A DNA stretch of 64,000 nt. Origin: an uncultured delta proteobacterium. Lineage in GTDB: Bacteria > Desulfobacterota > Binatia > UTPRO1. Positions within the stretch are counted from its first letter, which is position 1. The number at the start of each line of letters is the position of its first letter. The notes under the pieces were generated by a model. It made no database searches, had not been told where the DNA came from, and saw nothing but the letters and a program-made list of their open reading frames with translations. A program made the position numbers and the translations under genes. Positions 57,211 to 64,000 of this stretch are shown here, piece after piece. The stretch spans positions 1,128,220 through 1,192,219 of the forward strand of contig CAVWBS010000003.1 in assembly GCA_963753325.1 (NCBI GenBank), read 5' to 3'.

Positions 57211-58431
57211 CTAGCCGAGGACCGAGCCGAGCTTGAAGATCGGCAGGTACATGGAGACCACGAGGCCGCCGATCACGCCGCCGAGGAAGAGGATGACCAT
57301 CGGCTCCATCAGCGAGGTCAGGTTTGCGACCGCGTTGTCGACCTCGTCCTCGTAGAAGTCCGCGATCTTCTGCAGCATGGCGTCGAGCGAGCCGGTCGTC
57401 TCACCGACCGCGATCATCTGGCACACCATCGGCGGGAAGGCCTTGCTCGCGATCAGCGGCTCGGCGATCGTCTTGCCCTCGCTGATGCTGGAGCGCGTCG
57501 CGAAGATCGCCTCCTCGATGATCTTGTTGCCGGCCGTACGGCCCGTGATCGTGAGCGCGTCGAGGATCGGGACGCCCGAGGAGACGAGGGTGCCGAGCGT
57601 ACGCGTGAAGCGCGCGATCGCCGTCTTGCGGATGATGTCGCCGAATACCGGGAGGCGCAGCATGAGCTTGTCGATGAGGTAGTGGCCGCGCTCGGTGCGA
57701 TACGTGACGACGACGCTCCCGGCCGCGCCGATGACCAGCACGATGATGAACCAGAAGTAGTGGATCGTGACGTTCGAGAGGTTGATCACGAACTGCGTCG
57801 GCGCCGGCAGCGCCTGCCCGAAGCTGTGGAAGAGCTCCGCGAAGACCGGGATGACATAGACGAGCAGGATGCCGGTCACGAGCACGGCGGCGCCGATGAT
57901 GCACGCCGGGTAGATCATCGCGCCCTTGATCTTGCTCTTCAGCTTGACGATCTTCTCCATGTACGAGGCGAGGCGGGTGAGGATCGTGTCGAGGATGCCG
58001 CCGACCTCGCCGGCCGCGACCATGTTGCAGTAGAGGTCGGAGAAGATCTTCGGATGGCGCTTCAGCGAGGCCGCGAACGTCGCGCCGGCCTCGACCTGCT
58101 CCTTGACGTCGCGGATCGCCTTCGCGAACGTCTTGTTGTCGCTCTGCGCGGAGAGGATCTCGAGGCATTGCACCAGCGGGAGGCCGGCGTCGATCATGGT
58201 CGCGAACTGCCGGGTGAAGATGACGATGTCGCGCTGATTGACCGGGCTGCCGAACGACGGCAGCTTGATCTCCAGGTTGAGGCCGCGGCCCTTCTCGCGA
58301 ATCTTCTCGGGGACGGGTTGAATCCGCTGCGCGCGCAAGCGGGTGATCACCGCCTGCCGCGTCGAGGCCTCCATCTCGCCACGCATGGTCTCGCCGCGCG
58401 GCGAGACTCCAACCCACTGGTAGACCGACAT
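57211..58431 (-). CDS. pilC: Type IV pilus platform protein PilC (GspF family).
   Basis: Intact 406-aa ORF with two GspF repeats (FTRQFATMIDAGLPLVQCLEIL and FTRTLGTLVSSGVPILDAL) and 3 TM segments. Confidence 0.9.
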   Translation of the reverse strand: MSVYQWVGVSPRGETMRGEMEASTRQAVITRLRAQRIQPVPEKIREKGRGLNLEIKLPSFGSPVNQRDIVIFTRQFATMIDAGLPLVQCLEILSAQSDNKTFAKAIRDVKEQVEAGATFAASLKRHPKIFSDLYCNMVAAGEVGGILDTILTRLASYMEKIVKLKSKIKGAMIYPACIIGAAVLVTGILLVYVIPVFAELFHSFGQALPAPTQFVINLSNVTIHYFWFIIVLVIGAAGSVVVTYRTERGHYLIDKLMLRLPVFGDIIRKTAIARFTRTLGTLVSSGVPILDALTITGRTAGNKIIEEAIFATRSSISEGKTIAEPLIASKAFPPMVCQMIAVGETTGSLDAMLQKIADFYEDEVDNAVANLTSLMEPMVILFLGGVIGGLVVSMYLPIFKLGSVLG

Positions 58432-58450
58432 ACCTTGCTCCTCCGTCGCG

Positions 58451-59557
58451 CTAGCGGTGGGCGGCCGCGCGCGCCGTCGTCAACGACGTCTGCGCCTGCC
58501 CGAGCATGATCTTCAGCTCCTCCGGCTCGGTGGCGTGCCCGAGCGCTTCGTCGGAGGTGACCAAGCGTCGCTGGAACAGATCGAGCAGCGACTGGCTCAT
58601 CGTCTGCATGCCCCACTTCTGCTGCCCGACCTGCATCTGCGAGTAGAGCTGGTGCACCTTCGCCTCGCGGATCAGGTTCCGGATGGCGGCGTTCGGGATC
58701 ATGATCTCGGCGGCGAGACAGCGGCCGCGGCCGTCGGCACGCGGCAGGAGCTGCTGCGAGATCACGCCCTGCAGCACCAGCGAGAGCTGTGCGCGCACCT
58801 GCTCCTGCTGGTGCGGCGGAAACACGTCGATGACGCGGTTGATGGTCTGTACCGCGGAGTTGGTGTGCAGGGTGGAGAACACGAGGTGGCCGGTCTCGGC
58901 GACCACCAGGGCCGCCTCGATGGTCTCGAGGTCGCGCATTTCGCCGACGAGGCAGATGTCGGGGTCCTGGCGAAGTATGTGCTTCAACGCCGGTGCGAAG
59001 CCGTGCGTGTCCGCGTACACCTCGCGCTGATTGACGAGCGCACGCTTGTGGGAATGCACGAACTCGATCGGGTCCTCGATGGTGATGATGTGCTCGGGGC
59101 GCCGCTCGTTGATGCGGTTGATGATCGCGGCGAGGGTGGTCGACTTGCCGCTACCCGTCGGGCCCGTGACGAGCACGAGGCCGCGTGGCAGCTGCGCGAT
59201 GTCCATCACGACGGCCGGAAGGCCGAGCTTCTCGAGCGCCGGGATCTCGAACGGAATGGCGCGGAACGCGCCGCCGACCGCGCCTTTCTGCAGGAACAAG
59301 TTGCCGCGGAAGCGGGACACGCCCTTGGCGGCGAACGAGAAGTCGAGCTCGCTCTCCTCCTCGAACTTCTTCTTCTGCGCCTCGGTGAGGAGGCTGTAGC
59401 AGAGCGTCCGCGTGTCGTTTGCCGTGAGCGGCGGATAGGAGAGCGGTTTCAGCTCGCCGTGGACGCGGATGAGCGGCGGACTCTCCTGCGTGATGTGCAG
59501 GTCGGAGGCGCCGCCCTCCAGCATGAGTTGCAAGAAATCTTGTATGTTAGCTAGCAC
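58451..59557 (-). CDS. pilT: Type IV pilus retraction ATPase PilT.
   Basis: GASDLHI, Walker A GPTGSGKSTTLAA, ITIEDPIEF, ILRQDPDICLVGEMRD, GHLVFSTLHTN and the AIRNLIRE motif. Confidence 0.9.
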   Translation of the reverse strand: MLANIQDFLQLMLEGGASDLHITQESPPLIRVHGELKPLSYPPLTANDTRTLCYSLLTEAQKKKFEEESELDFSFAAKGVSRFRGNLFLQKGAVGGAFRAIPFEIPALEKLGLPAVVMDIAQLPRGLVLVTGPTGSGKSTTLAAIINRINERRPEHIITIEDPIEFVHSHKRALVNQREVYADTHGFAPALKHILRQDPDICLVGEMRDLETIEAALVVAETGHLVFSTLHTNSAVQTINRVIDVFPPHQQEQVRAQLSLVLQGVISQQLLPRADGRGRCLAAEIMIPNAAIRNLIREAKVHQLYSQMQVGQQKWGMQTMSQSLLDLFQRRLVTSDEALGHATEPEELKIMLGQAQTSLTTARAAAHR

Positions 59558-59684
59558 GTGTCCCTCCGAGCGCCCTCACCGGCAGAGAGCAAGCCACATG
59601 CCACGGCGGGCCGCGCGTGGGAGCGGGCCGATCGCGGAGCCGGCCGTCAATCGCCCGCGCGCCGTCACGGATTTGCCGCTGCCG

Positions 59685-61376
<1,692 letters not shown>

Positions 61377-61619
61377 GGCGCTCTCTCAGACCTGTCCGCC
61401 ACCGCGGTCGCGGCCGCTTGCCCCGTCAGCGACGCCGGACACGGCAGGATCCCCTGCACGTCATCGTACGGAGGTTCTAAGTCACTGCCTACGCGTAAAA
61501 ATATCGACGCAGCGGCACGAAGCCGTCGCCCGGTGCCGCGGTGTCGCCCGCGGGCTATCGGCCGTTTCGCCGCGTTTCGTGAGCCGGTGGGGGAAAGGCG
61601 GGCCCGGAACGGTGCGCGC

Positions 61620-62489
61620 TCAGGCGCGCGACAGCGCGCGGCGCATGGCGGCGAGCGGCGCCCGCCGGCCCGTCCAGATGGTGAACGCCAGGGCACCCTG
61701 GTGCAGAAGCATCGGCAGCCCGTCCATGGTCGGGCGCCGCGCTCGCGCGGCGCGACGCAGGAACCCCGAGGGCTTGCCGTACATCAGGTCGCAGCAGAGA
61801 GCGTCGGCCCTGGTCGCGGCGAACGGCAGGGACGGGAGGGCCGCGGCGCCGAGCGTCGCGGCGGTGGCGTTCACGATGATCCCGAACCGTCGCAGCTCGG
61901 CGCGCGACGTGAGCACGTCGAGGCCGGCCGGCGCGACGCGCCGGTCGTCGAGCGCGGCGGCGAGCGCGGCGGCGCGCGCCGCCGTGCGGTTGGCGACGAC
62001 GAGGCGACGACAGCCGCTCGAGAGGAGCGCGTGCGCGATGCCCCGCGCCGATCCGCCGGCGCCGATCAGCAGCACCTCTGCGCGCGGCGACCGTCCGGCC
62101 TCGCGCAGCGCCGCGACGAAGCCGGCACCGTCGGTGTTGTCGCCGGCGAGGCCGCGCGCCGTCCGCACCACGGTGTTGACCGCGCCGCTCGCTCGCGCCC
62201 GCGGGCGCAGCTCGTCGACGAGCGCCGCCATCGCCTCCTTGTGCGGCACCGTGACGTTCCAGCCGGCGAGGCCGAAGGCGCGGAATCCTTCGACGGCGGC
62301 GGCGAGGGCGTCGGCCCGCACGTGCAGCGGCACGTAGACCGCGTCGATGCCGCACGCCGCGAACGCGGCGTTCTGCATCGACGGCGACAGGCTGTGCGCC
62401 ACCGGGTCGCCGATGATCGCATAGATCTTGCTCGCGCCGCCGATGGGCGGCCGGTGCACGGCGAGCGGACGGCGGTGCGACCCGCGCAC
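61620..62489 (-). CDS. aroE: Shikimate dehydrogenase.
   Basis: YAIIGDPVAHSLSPSMQNAAF, NVTVPHK, NTVV, GDNTDGAGF and LLIGAGGSARG. The start is uncertain: GTG 62489 or GTG 62459. Confidence 0.8.
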   Translation of the reverse strand: MRGSHRRPLAVHRPPIGGASKIYAIIGDPVAHSLSPSMQNAAFAACGIDAVYVPLHVRADALAAAVEGFRAFGLAGWNVTVPHKEAMAALVDELRPRARASGAVNTVVRTARGLAGDNTDGAGFVAALREAGRSPRAEVLLIGAGGSARGIAHALLSSGCRRLVVANRTAARAAALAAALDDRRVAPAGLDVLTSRAELRRFGIIVNATAATLGAAALPSLPFAATRADALCCDLMYGKPSGFLRRAARARRPTMDGLPMLLHQGALAFTIWTGRRAPLAAMRRALSRA

Positions 62490-62500
62490 GGCCGGCGCGG

Positions 62501-64000
62501 CTAGCGGGCGAGCGCCGCCCGCGCGGCGGCCAGACGGGCGATCGGGACGCGATAGGGCGAGCACGACACGTAGTCGAGGCCGACCTGGTGGCAGAACGCG
62601 ACCGAGTCCGGATCGCCGCCGTGCTCGCCGCAGATGCCGATCTTCAGACCGGGGCGGGCGCGCCGCCCCTTCTGCACGGCGATGCGGATGAGCTCACCGA
62701 TCCCGCTCCGGTCCAGCGTCGCGAACGGATCGGCGGGAAAGATCCCCCGATCGACGTACTGCGGCAGGAACATCGCCGCGTCGTCGCGCGACAGTCCCAT
62801 GCCCATCTGGGTGAGGTCGTTGGTGCCGAAGGAGAAGAAGTCGGCGAAGCCGGCGATCTCGTCGGCCGTGAGCGCCGCCCGCGGCACCTCGATCATGGTG
62901 CCGATCGTGTAGGGGACCTTCACGCCCGCGTGCGCGAGGATCTCGCGACAGAGCTCGTCGGCCTGCGCCCGTAGGATCTCGAGCTCGCGCACGTGGGCGA
63001 CGAGCGGGATCATGATCTCCGGGATCACCTTGACGCGCTCGCGTACGACCTCGCACGCGGCCTCCATGATGGCGCGCACCTGCATCAGGTAGATCTCGGG
63101 GTAGACGATGCCGAGGCGGCAGCCGCGCATGCCGAGCATGGGGTTGATCTCGTGCAGCGCGTCGCGGCGCGCGGCAAGCTCGGCGGGCGCGACGCCGATC
63201 GTCGCCGCCAGCTCGGCGATCTCTTCGTCGCCGTGCGGCAGGAACTCGTGCAGCGGCGGATCGAGCAGACGGATGTTCACCGGCAGACCGTCCATGGCGC
63301 GGAAGATGCCGAGGAAGTCGCCGCGCTGCATCGGCAGGATCTTCGCCAGGGCGCGCTCGCGTCCGGCCGTGTCGCGGGCGAGGATCATCTCGCGGACGGC
63401 GCCGATGCGCTCGGGGTCGAAGAACATGTGCTCGGTGCGGCAGAGACCGATGCCCTCGGCGCCGAAGCCGCGCGCCACCTCGGCGTCGTGCGGGGTGTCG
63501 GCATTGCAGCGGACCTTGAGGCGGCGGGCCCGGTCGGCCCAGCCCATGAGGGTGCGGAACTCGTTGCTCTGCCCGCGCGAGGCGACCATGGGTACGCGCC
63601 CGAGGAACACCTCGCCGGTCGAGCCGTCGAGCGTGATCCAGTCGCCGCGCTTTACCGTGTGCCCCCCGGCGGTGAACCGGCCGGCGTCGTAGCGGATGTC
63701 GATCTCGCTCGCGCCCGCGATGCAGCACTTGCCCATGCCGCGCGCGACGACCGCCGCGTGCGATGCCTGGCCGCCGCGGGCGGTGAGGATGCCCTCGGCG
63801 ACCTGCATGCCGTGGATGTCCTCCGGCGACGTCTCGACGCGGACCAGGATCACGGTGCGACCGGCCGCGGCCGCCTCGGCCGCCTCGTCGGCGCTGAACA
63901 CCGCCTCGCCGGCGGCGGCGCCGGGCGAGGCCGGCACGCCGCGGGCGATGCGCTCCTTCGGCGCGTCCGGATCGAGACCGGGATGGAGCAGCTGCTCGAC
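62501..64000 (-). CDS. ppdK: Pyruvate, phosphate dikinase, C-terminal part. The 5' end lies beyond the window.
   Basis: Phospho-His domain GGQASHAAVVARGMGKCCIAG, and the PEP-utilizer TIM barrel GLCRTEHMF, NPMLGMRGCR, FFSFGTNDLTQM, CGEHGGDP. Confidence 0.9.
   Translation of the reverse strand, partial: VEQLLHPGLDPDAPKERIARGVPASPGAAAGEAVFSADEAAEAAAAGRTVILVRVETSPEDIHGMQVAEGILTARGGQASHAAVVARGMGKCCIAGASEIDIRYDAGRFTAGGHTVKRGDWITLDGSTGEVFLGRVPMVASRGQSNEFRTLMGWADRARRLKVRCNADTPHDAEVARGFGAEGIGLCRTEHMFFDPERIGAVREMILARDTAGRERALAKILPMQRGDFLGIFRAMDGLPVNIRLLDPPLHEFLPHGDEEIAELAATIGVAPAELAARRDALHEINPMLGMRGCRLGIVYPEIYLMQVRAIMEAACEVVRERVKVIPEIMIPLVAHVRELEILRAQADELCREILAHAGVKVPYTIGTMIEVPRAALTADEIAGFADFFSFGTNDLTQMGMGLSRDDAAMFLPQYVDRGIFPADPFATLDRSGIGELIRIAVQKGRRARPGLKIGICGEHGGDPDSVAFCHQVGLDYVSCSPYRVPIARLAAARAALAR

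Noticed and set aside
61476-61510. A low-GC patch (ctaagtcactgcctacgcgtaaaaatatcgacgc) between aroE and pilB, considered as a promoter or terminator.
   Set aside because: No acceptable -35/-10 pair with 16-19 nt spacing and no sigma-54 element could be aligned. The nearby hairpin (CGGCAC...GTGCCG) has only a 6-bp stem and a 14-nt loop. The support is too weak.

Overview
High-GC (about 70%) chromosomal segment from a Gram-negative bacterium. The gene orders pilB-pilT-pilC-pilS/R-pilA and tmk-holB-PSP1-metG-tatD resemble Deltaproteobacteria/Myxococcota-like lineages, but the taxon cannot be fixed without a database search. I recognise about 65 protein-coding genes. I found no rRNA, tRNA, CRISPR array, transposase or integrase.

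Main blocks:
- 1-5419: hopanoid cluster shc-dxr-hpnC-hpnD-hpnE.
- 5.4-33.6 kb: housekeeping and metabolic genes (asnS, pabB/pabC, a TPP decarboxylase, fdx/FNR, radical SAM, rpoD, proS, pyrF, moeA, phaR and others).
- 33.7-39.1 kb: fur, followed by an operon preceded by a Fur box: ApbE, an outer-membrane barrel, an FMN-binding protein and a 4-TM protein.
- 41.2-46.2 kb: tatD-metG-PSP1-holB-tmk.
- 46.3-61.4 kb: a large type IV pilus locus. It holds a minor-pilin operon with a CheY-like gene, two large polytopic membrane proteins flanking pilD, two tandem pilA copies each with its own sigma-54 promoter, a single ORF that joins a PilS-like membrane/PAS sensor directly to a PilR-like sigma-54 activator, and pilC, pilT, pilB.
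- 61.6-64.0 kb: aroE and a partial ppdK.

The two most interesting candidates are the Fur-box ApbE/FMN_bind/outer-membrane-barrel/4-TM operon and the one-component PilS-PilR fusion.

Caveat: at least 15 genes in the first 33.3 kb, including rpoD, dxr, proS and asnS, have broken reading frames, often several breaks per gene. The last 30 kb shows no breaks. This looks like clustered indel errors in the assembly rather than gene decay.

All product calls rest on my recognition of motifs in the supplied translations. No searches were run.
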